Made by a program: the position numbers and the translations under genes
In this document: positions 11,108-21,719 of the stretch, piece by piece
Layout of the letters: the number at the start of each line of letters is the position of its first letter
Numbering within the stretch: position 1 is the first letter of the stretch
Notes under the pieces: generated by a model
Told to the model about the DNA's origin: nothing
The model's database searches: none
Seen by the model: only the letters and a program-made list of their open reading frames with translations
Assembly: GCA_047495785.1 (NCBI GenBank)
Contig: JBLDXI010000002.1
Span: forward strand, 2,542,001 to 2,606,000
Origin: Lepidodermella squamata
Taxonomy: Eukaryota > Animalia > Gastrotricha
DNA length: 64,000 bases
Direction: 5' to 3'

Positions 11108-13784
11108 ATGACGGTTGAAATGAACGGTGATTCATGGGCTATTACTGGCCCGGCTGCTCTTCAACAGGTAAAGTCATGAAATTAATTGAAAAATCAAATT
11201 TTTAATCGCTTGATTAGGAAATAACCTGCTCTATTTGCTCGAATCTGTATGCCGAGCCGAAAATGTTGCCAGACTGCTATCATTCGTTTTGCGAAAAATG
11301 CATCGTAAATTTGGCGGAGGGCAAGGAAAACGGCGAGCGTTCTCTGGAATGTCCAAGTTGCCGCACAGTCAACACGATCGCTAAAGGCAAAGGTTAGAAA
11401 CTTGAAGTAAAATTTGTGGTTTTCAATTCATTTTTTATTTTGAAGACCTTGCTTCTGACATCGTGCTTGGAAAGGTTCTGGGGGCTATTTCGACCGACAA
11501 AAGTCAACTAGACTCCGAGCTGAAGCAGGTTAAAACGGAGGATCTAGCGAAATTTCAAAAGGTAACAAAATTATACTTTTAAAAGTTCAAATATCTCAAA
11601 TTTCAAATTTTCAGCTTATGGAGGCGAAATCCAAGTTTGATGATTTATTGGACGAAAGTGCCGCTAAGGCGAAGCGCGATATTTTGAATCGAGCTGACGA
11701 ACTGATGCGAACTTTTCGCAATCTGGTCCTTGCGAAAGCGGACGAGCTATGCGTCGATGTTGACCGATCTCTAGCCGCGAATCGCCGGAAATTTCGCCAG
11801 GACGAAAGCGAAACTGACCAATCCAAACATCTTGAGGTTTTTCAAATTTTAAGCTGGAGTTTTTAAAATAATTTTCCGATTTAGCTGCTGGAGAAACTTG
11901 TCGATCAGGTTGAGGATATGGAAGAATCAGACGCTCTGAACCCAAACGCCGTGATATCGTTCCATCAAGACGTTTGCCGGCTGGAAAATACGGCCACTTC
12001 CGATACCAAAAACCCACCTGCTGGTCTGATTTTCGCCTCTGATGACGACTTCAGCTCTAAATTGTCCGAGCTTTTCGAGCTTAGTTTCGGCTGTGTTCAA
12101 ACTTGTCATGAGGATGGTAAAATGGTAAGTTCGATTTCCCTTAAATCATCGATTTTTTTTAATTATTAGTTAAAATTAAGGTGGCTCCTTTATACCAATC
12201 AATGTCGTTGGTTGACGAGGTGATCCTGCAAATGCCGAGCGACATTCACTCGCTGCATTACTCGAGTCTTCAGGAAAAATTGGACAACTACGACATAACT
12301 AATGTCTGGGAAATTCCTGGGACTAAGCTGATTTTAGCTCTGCATTCGTACCAACAAGAACGGCCGAAATTTTCGTGTTTCAATCGACGCAAGTTGAAAG
12401 ACGATCGTCTTGTGGTATGAGCCTTGCTTCAACTAAAAAATTTAGCTAAAATTTGCGTAAATTTCAGGTTTTTAATGTTGAAAAATCGAAATTTGTGACT
12501 GCTGTGACGCTTTTCGACCCGGCTCATGAGGATTTTATCAATCTGGACGTGGAAGACAACGGTTATGTAAATGAAGATTACGTGCTATCCGTATCAGAAC
12601 TCGCGATTTCTTCGACTGGCCATGCGTTTTTCATCGACGACGAGCAAGATTCGAAAATATTCTGGTTCAAACTCGACCTCGAGGCTGAGGAGTACCGACT
12701 GAAACTCATGCCTAGCGTTTTCGCTGAACTGCCCGTCGACGAACTGAACCCTGAATTCGGCAAATTTTTCGCCGGTCTCTACCTTGATGAGAAATTGAAC
12801 GAGTTATTCGTGACTGTTCGAAGCAGTGAGGAAGAGCGGTTCGAAGGTTGGGTTCACGTTTATTCGATCCCAAGTGGTGAGTTGAAGAGCAGCATCAAGC
12901 TACCCTTCGACCAGCCTGATATTATCGCTGTCTACCGCGAATCGAAAGAAGCCGACCCTGTTGTCGCTATTTCAATTGTTGACGATGAAAAGCCATTTTC
13001 GTGCCAAGTTGCGGTTGGAACTTGGTCGGGAGATGCGATCGAAAATTGGGTTTATTTGACGCCGAGACATCGCGGTCGTAATATTCGCCAAAACCTGCCT
13101 TATTCTTACCAGCATGTGAAAACGCTGAAATTCGACCAAGACGGCAATTTGATGGTTCTTCACCAGTGCTGCGCATTTGATACCCGGATCGAAGTTTGTC
13201 ATTTTTATTTTTTATTCTCGATTCACATTTTTTTTTTAATTTTTAAGATTTATCGTGCTGAGGATTTCAAGTTGAAGAGCTTTATCCCGAAAAATAGCGA
13301 TGCCCTGTCAACCAGCTTAAAGAGTAATTTTATTAATTTTATCAATTTTTTCAAACATATTTGAAAAATAGTGGCGCCGCCTGTTTGCCTAGCTAATTTG
13401 AACGGCATTGCGTTGCTGACTGGAATCACGGCTAAAAAGTCTCGTTTAACGGAAATCGATACGGGGCCTCGATTTGTTGGCATCTTCAACGACTATTACG
13501 CTTTTGATGAAAACGGCGAAATTGACGAAGACGATGATGCCACGCGAATAATCGAAGCTCTGGACGAGAAAATTGAGGCGGAAGAGGAGAGTGAAATCGA
13601 GGAGGAGGAGGAGGAAGACGAAGACGACGACGAGGAGTCAGAAAATGAATCTGATGACGACGGCAGCGACGAAGCTGAATTTTCGAACTCTGGTATTTTA
13701 AGGATGATCTCGGGCGATTTGGAACAAGGATCTCAACCGACTGTGGTTGTTGCGTGCTCAGGACGACTGCTGATTTTCCGTTGA
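11108..13784 (+). CDS. RING + coiled-coil + NHL-like propeller protein, paralog C
   Basis: ATG 11108, intron 11168-11217, CSIC..YAEPKMLPDCYHSFCEKC..CPSC; QHVKTLKFDQDGNLMVLHQCCAFDTRIE; poly-E/D loop; ends LLIFR*. Confidence 0.8.
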
Positions 13785-13953
13785 TTAGAGAAAAGAACCG
13801 GTTTTACCTTGCCTACAAACTCATTTTGATCCATCTTAATTTTACTTAATTTAATCTCCAGTTATTAAATTATGATTCGACAGAGAACTAATAAAGTTTT
13901 TTCGTGAATATTTATTTCGCTTCGATTGATCAAAAGTTATCGTTAGTCAATTT

Positions 13954-16365
13954 CTATTTATTTCCAGAGCGATGCCTGTGAATGTTCACCAGAGAAGGTA
14001 TTGCCACGATCACGCTTGTGCTAGCTGAAAATACGAGAATTCCATATGATAGCGCACTCTGCTGTAAACTAGTCGAGTCTTTAGAGGAGTAAGCGATCAA
14101 ATTCACTAAAACCACAGCTATGTAGACGGCAAAAGCGTTCAAAGCTGCGACGCGGGCTGCCCGGAAATCGAAGGCCATAGAAATAGGCGGAATCTTTTTC
14201 CTTACCTCGATAGAAATTAGTGCGGCGAGCAGCAGCAATAAGCCATTGAGGCCGATGATAGCACCAAGCCATCCATGCAAATCAGCCGAGTGACACATAT
14301 AAGTTTCTATTAGGAAGTAAACGTCTTGATCCGCATCAAATTGCACTGGGGTTTCATATTTGAAAGCTGATACTGGATCGAGACTGAACCATATAATCAA
14401 TAAGATGACCGTGATTCCTGTGAAGGCGCAACATCCTACGTTTATAAATAGATTTGCTCTCCACCTTAAAATTATTCTGTCCACCAGGGCTAAATTTCTG
14501 GCACCATCCAAGTGGAAATTCGAAGTTTCATTAGTCCGTACCGTCTCCCAATGCTCAAACGCATTGCTGACGCCGCCTGCAGACATACTTGAACCCCGGA
14601 TCAAGCCAGAATACATACCAGACTCTGATACCGCTGACTCAACTTTTCTGCCCTTCCGACGTCGGCGCATCAAGCTTCGATTTCCACTCATAGAAATCAT
14701 GAGCATTCTTGAAAATAGATTCCCATTGACTATAGTCACTCCGACGGCTCCAAGGATGAGCAATGAAATACACGAGTTGGTGTTATTAGCTCCCTCAATA
14801 GAATTCAACGAACCACTTGCGATAGCTGCTCCCGTCATGATACTAGCACCAATGTACAAAAAGCAATTCGCAAATTTGCTATTATAGTCAAGAGGGGCTT
14901 TTTTATCCACCATAGCGATGCAGCAGAATATTGTTTCCCCGAGAATCATTACAGCGGCTATTGATGTTATAGCGTAAAATGAGCTTGAAGAGTACTGAAA
15001 TCGGATTCGACGAATCGTCGATAAATCTTTCGGGGGCCCACCTGAATGGGACATCCATAGCAGCGGTTGCTTTTCCAAGATGCTAACATTCCCCGAGTCA
15101 TCGAAAGCCATTTGCTGCGCTAGTCGAAGACTTCCGTTGAGAAATTGCGCGACATGCAATGGCTCACCGTCGAACTCGAGCCTTTTTGAATAGAAGATGC
15201 GACCAGCTCTCAAACCATTGAAATCGGTTTTCGCAGCACTTTGATTGAGAACTCGCATGACAAGCTCTGGGTATTCGGTGAAATTCTTCAAAGTCAAGTT
15301 GTGGGTTGTCTTTAATGTTCTTTCGGCTTGATCTAAAGCCATTAATGCTAATATCGCGCCATCGTGACAAAGGTGACGAGTTTGATAGTCCATGAATCGG
15401 GAGTTGTTGATGGCAACATCCAGAGCTGAGTCGAAATATTTTGTGTCATAGCCAAGGACTGAATTTCCAGTCGGTACTACAGCATAGAAGAAATTCCCGA
15501 TCCAAATTGCGATTTTAAATTGATTAACGAGAACTTCTGATGGGCAGCCTGGTACGTTGACTGTGAAGGGAGAGAAAAAAGATGTCGAAGGAAGGACCCA
15601 GGCGAATCGAGGTCCTGTGATTGAAGCGTAATAGGCCTGGCATAGAATCTTCGCCACCAAAACCGTGCTGGACGTTGAAGCTATTGCCACCACCCTGGAT
15701 TTGGTTCTTTCTATTTCCTTGAAGAGATCGGGGGTAACATCAGTAATACCGACCAACATGCTAAATTTGAGCCCGATCTTCAAGCCCTCTTCGTACATTT
15801 CTTTCGTGCTGAGAGGTTCGTTAAGGTTACCCATATTTATGATAACTCCAATCTCATTCCAATGACCAACGAGCTTCGAAAAATGAGCAATGGCCGCAAA
15901 CATTTTGTCGGCAGGCATGATAGATTTGTATAGATTAGGTAGCAATTTTCTGTTTGCGGTTAATGTTGGACCTGTACACGCGTAAGAAAACTGAACCATG
16001 TTATGATAGCGCACAATGCCTGCTATTGTAGTGCACAAGTTGCTGGTGCCAATGACTGCCGGGGAAATGAAACTATTCCCTGTAGTGTTAACATTCCCGT
16101 AGAAATCCATAAGTGTTCGAGGAGCCAAAGTAGCGAAAGGGCCTTCGTTGACCAAAGTTAGATTGATATGATACTCCTTCAAATATGAATCCTGCCGATT
16201 GAAAAGGTCCACCGCTAGCTTTATCGCAGCTGAGCATGTTCGACCGTCCAGTGTTTCTCGGGCTGGAAAAAACGCTATTGTTTGCAATATGAATGGCTTT
16301 GCAATCTGACTTCCAACAGCGCTGAACAAAGCAAGTAAAAGCGAAGAAATAAATTCGTGTGTCAT
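13954..16365 (-). CDS. Class C GPCR, GABA-B-like (Venus flytrap + 7TM, no cysteine-rich domain), copy 1; coding sequence intronless
   Basis: Signal peptide MTHEFISSLLLALFSAVGS; VFT N-terminus (AIKLAVDLFN..LKEYHINL); PPKDLS stalk; seven hydrophobic segments with ECL2 Cys (YMCHS). The ATG at 16365 is immediately preceded by a splice acceptor (tccatag|aATG). Confidence 0.88.
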   Translation of the reverse strand: MTHEFISSLLLALFSAVGSQIAKPFILQTIAFFPARETLDGRTCSAAIKLAVDLFNRQDSYLKEYHINLTLVNEGPFATLAPRTLMDFYGNVNTTGNSFISPAVIGTSNLCTTIAGIVRYHNMVQFSYACTGPTLTANRKLLPNLYKSIMPADKMFAAIAHFSKLVGHWNEIGVIINMGNLNEPLSTKEMYEEGLKIGLKFSMLVGITDVTPDLFKEIERTKSRVVAIASTSSTVLVAKILCQAYYASITGPRFAWVLPSTSFFSPFTVNVPGCPSEVLVNQFKIAIWIGNFFYAVVPTGNSVLGYDTKYFDSALDVAINNSRFMDYQTRHLCHDGAILALMALDQAERTLKTTHNLTLKNFTEYPELVMRVLNQSAAKTDFNGLRAGRIFYSKRLEFDGEPLHVAQFLNGSLRLAQQMAFDDSGNVSILEKQPLLWMSHSGGPPKDLSTIRRIRFQYSSSSFYAITSIAAVMILGETIFCCIAMVDKKAPLDYNSKFANCFLYIGASIMTGAAIASGSLNSIEGANNTNSCISLLILGAVGVTIVNGNLFSRMLMISMSGNRSLMRRRRKGRKVESAVSESGMYSGLIRGSSMSAGGVSNAFEHWETVRTNETSNFHLDGARNLALVDRIILRWRANLFINVGCCAFTGITVILLIIWFSLDPVSAFKYETPVQFDADQDVYFLIETYMCHSADLHGWLGAIIGLNGLLLLLAALISIEVRKKIPPISMAFDFRAARVAALNAFAVYIAVVLVNLIAYSSKDSTSLQQSALSYGILVFSASTSVIVAIPSLVNIHRHRSGNK

Positions 16366-17769
16366 TCTATGGATAGAAGGATTGAATTTTGATGCGTTTT
16401 GATGATTGACTTGAGCTAGAATTAAAGTTCGGGGTAATCCTTTATTCTTCATTCCTCCGCAGGTTTGCTCGGGAGAAATATCAGGCTTTAACAGCAATAA
16501 GCAATTAAGATATCTGGTTTCATAATTTTACATTGGCATTTTAGTTGCTGTCATATCATATTCTACGTGCTGTTCACTGCAGAGTGGCGGGAACACGATG
16601 GAGAAATTTTTTACAATGCGTGTTGAAAGCTGATATATTTGTTTTGATTTGAAAAATTCACAAGCGAAAATTCATAAATTGCCCTTCATTCGGACAATTT
16701 TGATTTCCAATGCCTATGTTCAGCTCAATGTAAAAGCTTGTATAAATGTAGAAGAGGTCGCAATACCTTTCTTAAAATATACCTAGAGAGGTTCTGATGC
16801 CAACACTCAGACACCATCAGGAAAGGCGTTTACGGGTACAAATTAGTTCTTCACCCTCTTAATATTGTTATCTTTACCCAACTTTATCTTTATTGATTTA
16901 TTGATTTATTTGTTTGAGAGCTATAACACCCAGGAGAGAGCAGCTCGACATGGTTGGAAATTGAAAGGAAAAATATAACTCCAGGACAGTAACAAAGATA
17001 TAGGACAATGGCAAATGATATATACGAACAATAAATCATAAACAAGTGACGTAGATAGTAAGGCTGATCAGCAATTTAAAATGATATAAACAAAATGTAA
17101 CAACAACAAAAGCAAAACACGGGATTTGATTTTAGCAATGTAAAATACAAAAATGTAAATATTTTATTTGAAAGAAGTGGTAAGAAATTAGGTATTTGAA
17201 TTTAGCAGAATTCTTTTCGAAAATATGCGAGTGGGTGGCTTCCCGACATGCCAGGGCCGTCTAGCCGTCTCAGACTGATTAACACTCATCGGCAGTTGAT
17301 TCCTAAGGTCGGGACCTCGATAGCTAATAGTGCGTTCACAAACTACTTCGGAGAGGATCTGGCACGTCATCAGGCTCCAGCGACTGCAAGATGGCTCGCA
17401 GCATCGGGTCTTCCTCGTTCTCACCGTTGTCACCGTTGCGCCGCTTCTTGGCCTTCTTGTAGCCGTTGGTAGCGACAGGTGTAGCGCTTTCCGCCGGCAA
17501 TGCGGCACTGGGCTGAGAAGCGGATGGCGGCAAAACTTCACCTTGGGTGTCATCGATCGGCTGTGCGGCGGCTTGATCGAAATGCGGCAGGTTGTCGTCG
17601 CCAGCGGTAGACAAGTCAGCGCGATTGACGGCGGCAGTGGTGGCGGCGACGGCGGCGGCGTTGCTTTGGCGGGAGACAGATGCCGGTGCAGAGTCAGCGG
17701 CAGATTTCCCTTTGTTCTAGAAGAAAAACATTATTTTATTTATGAAACCAAAATTCATGATTTTTTTCA

Positions 17770-18135
17770 AGGCACGTACTCTATTGTGTTGATGGCCGTA
17801 GTCGACGCCAAGTATCGATTTGTTCTGGTGGACGTAGGCGCTCATGGACGTTTCAGCGACGGCGGCGTCTTCAAAAACAGCGGTTTGCTAGATTACTGCA
17901 ACCAAACGACTCCAACCGAAGTCATGTCTCCGCCCTCTCACATCAATAGGCGAATCACTATTTCCTGATAGCTGAAAGGCTGATGCCGCCTTTGGCTTAG
18001 ATTGGAACCTACTCTCTCCGTACCCGGGCCAAACCACCGGCAATTTACCCGCCAACAAGCATACTTTCAACTACCGTTTGTCGCGGGGCCGTCGTGTCGT
18101 CGAAAATGCTTTTGGCATCTTAGTCTGGATATGCA
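17770..18135 (+). pseudogene. Harbinger (DDE_Tnp_4/HARBI1-like) transposase fragment
   Basis: [35 protein letters not shown]...ADAAFGL...[16 protein letters not shown], split across frames by frameshifts. Confidence 0.88.
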
Positions 18136-18137
18136 GT

Positions 18138-18340
18138 GTCAAAGTCCAACTACTTGTTGCTGGGTCGGTCGCGATAGTGGGGCTGGTCGGGTTGGTGGGT
18201 GTGATTTTTTTCATACTAGATTACTCAATTGATAGAATCGCGTGCTGCCAAGCCCCATTGATCCCATTGATGCTATCATATCGACTATCAGAGCAACACG
18301 TAGTTGGACTTTGACTCCGTAAAATCCGGCCTAAGATGCT
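18138..18340. mobile_element. Small hairpin (MITE-like) repeat, copy 1
   Basis: 24-bp inverted repeat GTCAAAGTCCAACTACTTGTTGCT (18138-18161) / AGCAACACGTAGTTGGACTTTGAC (18292-18315), 1 mismatch. A diverged second copy lies at ~40781-40968. Confidence 0.75.
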
Positions 18341-18534
18341 GGCATCGCATCAGCCCGATTTCGGCTGCTGCGCATAACTATGGAGCTGTCGCCCGAGATG
18401 GCCGAGGACGCAGTTCTAGCGAGGGATATAGTGAAATCATTACCAAATTATTGAATTCAGTACCAAACATCATTGAATTTCGTACCAAATTATTCCAAAC
18501 AGTTCCAAATCCCCAATTTGAAGACCCAGTCTTC

Positions 18535-18607
18535 AACCCTAACCTAACCCCAACCTAACCCTAACCTAACCCTAACCATAACCCTAACCCTAACCCTAAC
18601 CCTAACC
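18535..18607. repeat. Interstitial telomere-like (TAACCC)n / TTAGGG tract, imperfect
   Basis: aaccctaacctaaccccaacctaaccctaacctaaccctaaccataaccctaaccctaaccctaaccctaacc, read directly. Confidence 0.9.
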
Positions 18608-19859
18608 AGTTGAAAAACGAATAAAATGGTTAGGTATTGAATTAAATGAAATTTGGTACCGGCGTAAGATTTTCCCTTCTAGCGATCCCCGCTCTTCATA
18701 ACTTTGCAATGGCCGAAGTCTCATCGTACCAAATCAGTGATCGAGAGGTGTGGGAGAGCTGGGAAGAGATCCAGAGCGAGGGCGCGCTGCCGAGTTTCAT
18801 CCCTGAAAAGGTGCGCGACACCGGGAAGAAGGGCCTCGAACATGGTCAGCAGCTGCGATCAAATCTCACGTTGTGGTTTCAATCGGAGACGGGCATGGTT
18901 GATTGGCAGAGCAAAATGATAAATAAGAAGTATTGATCCTCTTTGAAATATTGCTGAAATTTGTGCGACCGTTGTACTGCTGTTTCTCTCTTCGAAAATT
19001 GTTTGAGCGGTTTCCTAGTTTTGCTTAAAATTGAATGACGCCTTTTATGTACTGCTTTCATGTACTGTTTTTCGAAAAAATATTGATTGAGAAATATTCA
19101 TGGCGCAGTTGGAAGACGTTCAGAGCAGGGTCATTCTTAGAAATCAATACAAATATCATTGTTGGAGGTTTTCGAAAATCGCAGAAATAAATCAGGAAAA
19201 AATCATCCAAGTTCGCTCCAAGTATCAAAAGATAGCTCTTGAAATGAAGAATCTACTCTCCTGAAAAAGTCCTTCAATTTAGCTTTCTTAGAATCAGTTT
19301 TCACGGTTTATTTCCGAATGCGAAAAATTCTTTCCCAATTTTTGATCAGTTCTTTCATTATTAAAATTTTGAAAAAAATACTACCGTGTTCCTCTTGAAG
19401 AGATCTATCAGATGAAATTTGGTTCTTTCTCACGCGACCTTTCGTCCCCAAGAAATTGATGGAGGAAATTTCGAATTTCTCGATATTTGGCCTCCAAGAA
19501 ATTGATGAATCAGCAGACCATCTGGCGCCCATGGCGTTACACCCCTTTTCTCGTGAGTAGTCAGTCTATACTGATATTATGTCTATGCAAACAATAGAAA
19601 CTTCGGTCGTCACGCTGCACGCGCGCGTAGAAAATGCCACTGATAAGGCCTCCGAAGTTTGTACTTCGCTCTCCGAAGCGTTCGGTCTCCGAAGTAGTTT
19701 GTGAACGCACTATTAAACATCAGCTCATGGTGACGGGTGTTGTAGCTGGAAGGGTCTTTCATTACGAATTGCACTATGATTGCACGATGACAGAAGCTTG
19801 TTGATTTAAGCAGTTCCACAAAGATGTAGCTAAATGAATCGCGTGCTTTTGTTGCACAA

Positions 19860-20040
19860 CGAACCATACGAGGCGATGTCGAAGAGGAGCTGCGTCGGCG
19901 TGAGGATGAGCGCCGCGTATGATTCGAACTGCGCGATCTTGAGTTGATTGGAGCCGATGCAACGTTGTCGGTGCTGCCTGTCCCAAAGTCAAGTCGCCAT
20001 ATAATATGCTGTTTTGCGGTCGAAAAATGTTGTTGTTTGT
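19860..20040 (-). mobile_element. Non-LTR retrotransposon (CR1/L2-like) C-terminal RT fragment
   Basis: Minus-strand YGDLTLGQAAPTTLHRLQSTQDRAVRII resembles the 'DYG..W...L..LQ..QNRA.RII' tail of LINE ORF2 proteins. Confidence 0.55.
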
Positions 20041-20309
20041 TTGAGCGCGAACAGGCCATGAAACGTACTATATAGGACGCCGCGGCTCGCAGAGCATCAA
20101 CAATGATGTGATTTTTTTAATGAGGTGCAAAGTCCAACTTGCTGATTTTTGATATAAAAAGTGTGATTGTTCACATTCCTGGCTCATTACTTTTGTCCCG
20201 AGGAAATATTAATCATTGCTACGAAGCCGCAGCGTCCTGTAGTACGTCTCATGCTTTCCGCGCCTTGCTTTTAACGCCTTTGATGTGTTGTTTGAACGTA
20301 ACGGTTGAA

Positions 20310-21520
20310 TCGTTGCAACCAATCAGGAATAAGGAAGGCGAGCTTGTTACAGACTTAGACAAAATACTCGATGTGATGAAAGATTATTTCTCGGAACTCC
20401 TCGAGGGTTGTGAGATAGATGACTTCATTGCCGAGTGTGAAGCAAACATTGGCAGCGAAGAACACCCCCCCCCCCCCCTGATTCGAATAGAATTAGTTCT
20501 CAAGAAATTAGATCTGCGTTAAATCATATGAAAAATGGCAAAGCTGCCGGCATCGATGATGTTACCCCGGGGATGCTAAAAGCCTTAGATGACGCTGGCT
20601 TTGAATGGCTTAGTCAAATTTTGAACCAAGCTTGGTCGAAGAAGACCATTCCGGAGGAGTGGTCGACGGCGATCAAAGCCCCGCTCTACAAAAATAAAGG
20701 TGAACAATCTGATTGCAAAAATTACCGAGGTATTAGTTTAATCAGTGTTTTAGGCTAATTATATGCTATTATTTTAGAACGGAAACTGCGAAATATCATT
20801 GGCTCTAAAATATCGAAACGTCAGTTTGGTTTCCAACCCAGAAAAGGTTGCCGCGATTGTATCTTTATTTTGCGCAGGTTAATTGAAAAGGTGATTTTTT
20901 GCAGCGGAAAAGAAATGCATCTAGTCTTTATTGATCTGGAGAAGGCCTGCGACCTAATAGATCGCGAGAAGGTCTGGACTGCACTCGAGCAACTAGGTGT
21001 CGATGCTATTACAAGTACTTAATCGCAGCTATTACAAGTTTTTATGAAGTCAATAAAGTTGCTATTAGGATCAAATCAATTGTCGGATTACTTCATTGTG
21101 AAGAGGGGCTTACGGCAGGGCTGCCCTTTTTCTCCGCTCCTCTTTATTGCAACTTTCGATTTAATTTGTCACAAACTCATGTCTACCCCGGGTGGTTTCC
21201 CGATTTCAAAAGATGAATTTCTGAACCTTATTGCTTTCGCTGATGATGGTACTCATATTGGTATGAGCCATGAGGAAATAAAATTGCTTTTAGAAGTTTT
21301 CGACAGGGCCTGTAAGGAATTAGGATTGAAAATAAGCGTGAGCAAAACCCAATACATAGTGATTGGCGAAGATAGGGATTACCAATTAGAGCTTGAAGGT
21401 AACATCCTGGAAAAGGTCAAGTCTTTCAAATATTTATATAGGTAGCATCATTACATCAGATGGCAAAATGGAGGAGAAACTGAAGGCTCGCAGAGCGCAA
21501 GCTGGCAGCTGCTATGAAGG
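20310..21520 (+). pseudogene. RTE-clade LINE reverse transcriptase, disrupted
   Basis: MKNGKAAGIDDV, IPEEWS, DCKNYRGISLISVLG*, QFGFQPRKGC, FIDLEKA, GLRQGCPFSPLLF, AFADD, FKYL. In-frame stop at 20756-20758 plus frameshifts. Confidence 0.92.
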
Positions 21521-21719
21521 AGAATTTTAATTTTTCAATTTATTGGCAATTCAAAGTGAAGCGGTCACATTTATCTTTTCATTTCATAATCTTGTCGAAT
21601 TTTTAAAGCTTCATTCGTCATCGTCAACTAAACTCCAGCTAAATCAGTTATTATATTATAAGGTATGCGTGTGGCGCGTCCGCGAGAAATAATCATTTCA
21701 AGTTATCGCGATTCAATTA

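Larger units (their letters stand above)
17325..19715. mobile_element. Degenerate PIF/Harbinger DNA transposon remnant bounded by 30-bp perfect inverted repeats
   Basis: TAATAGTGCGTTCACAAACTACTTCGGAGA at 17325-17354 and its exact reverse complement at 19686-19715. CTCCGAAG subterminal repeats occur at ~19650-19695 and there is an internal transposase fragment. No exact TSD is resolved (TAA left, TTA right). Confidence 0.7.

Noticed and set aside
14360-14887. Antisense ORFs over the GPCR, OGT, ankyrin and NR genes (e.g. 14360-14887, 22330-22653, 29029-29481, 52571-52906)
   Set aside because: These are shadow frames of real coding sequence, with no independent motifs.
13954-16365. Assigning GABBR1/GABBR2 gene symbols to the class C receptors
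   Set aside because: The architecture is GABA-B-like, but the sequences are highly divergent, lack the coiled-coil tail and are multi-copy. Orthology cannot be supported.
16366-16497. N-terminal extensions of class C ORFs 1 and 2 (also 24132-24215)
   Set aside because: They are not conserved between the duplicates. A splice acceptor directly precedes the shared signal-peptide Met, so they are probably 5' UTR intron.
17330-17770. 212-aa plus-strand ORF as an intact transposase
   Set aside because: Only its 3' part is transposase. The 5' part is the antisense of a low-complexity fragment, possibly the Harbinger second ORF, and the element is broken.
18535-18607. True chromosome end or fusion site
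   Set aside because: The tract is short, degenerate, single-orientation and embedded within transposon remnants.
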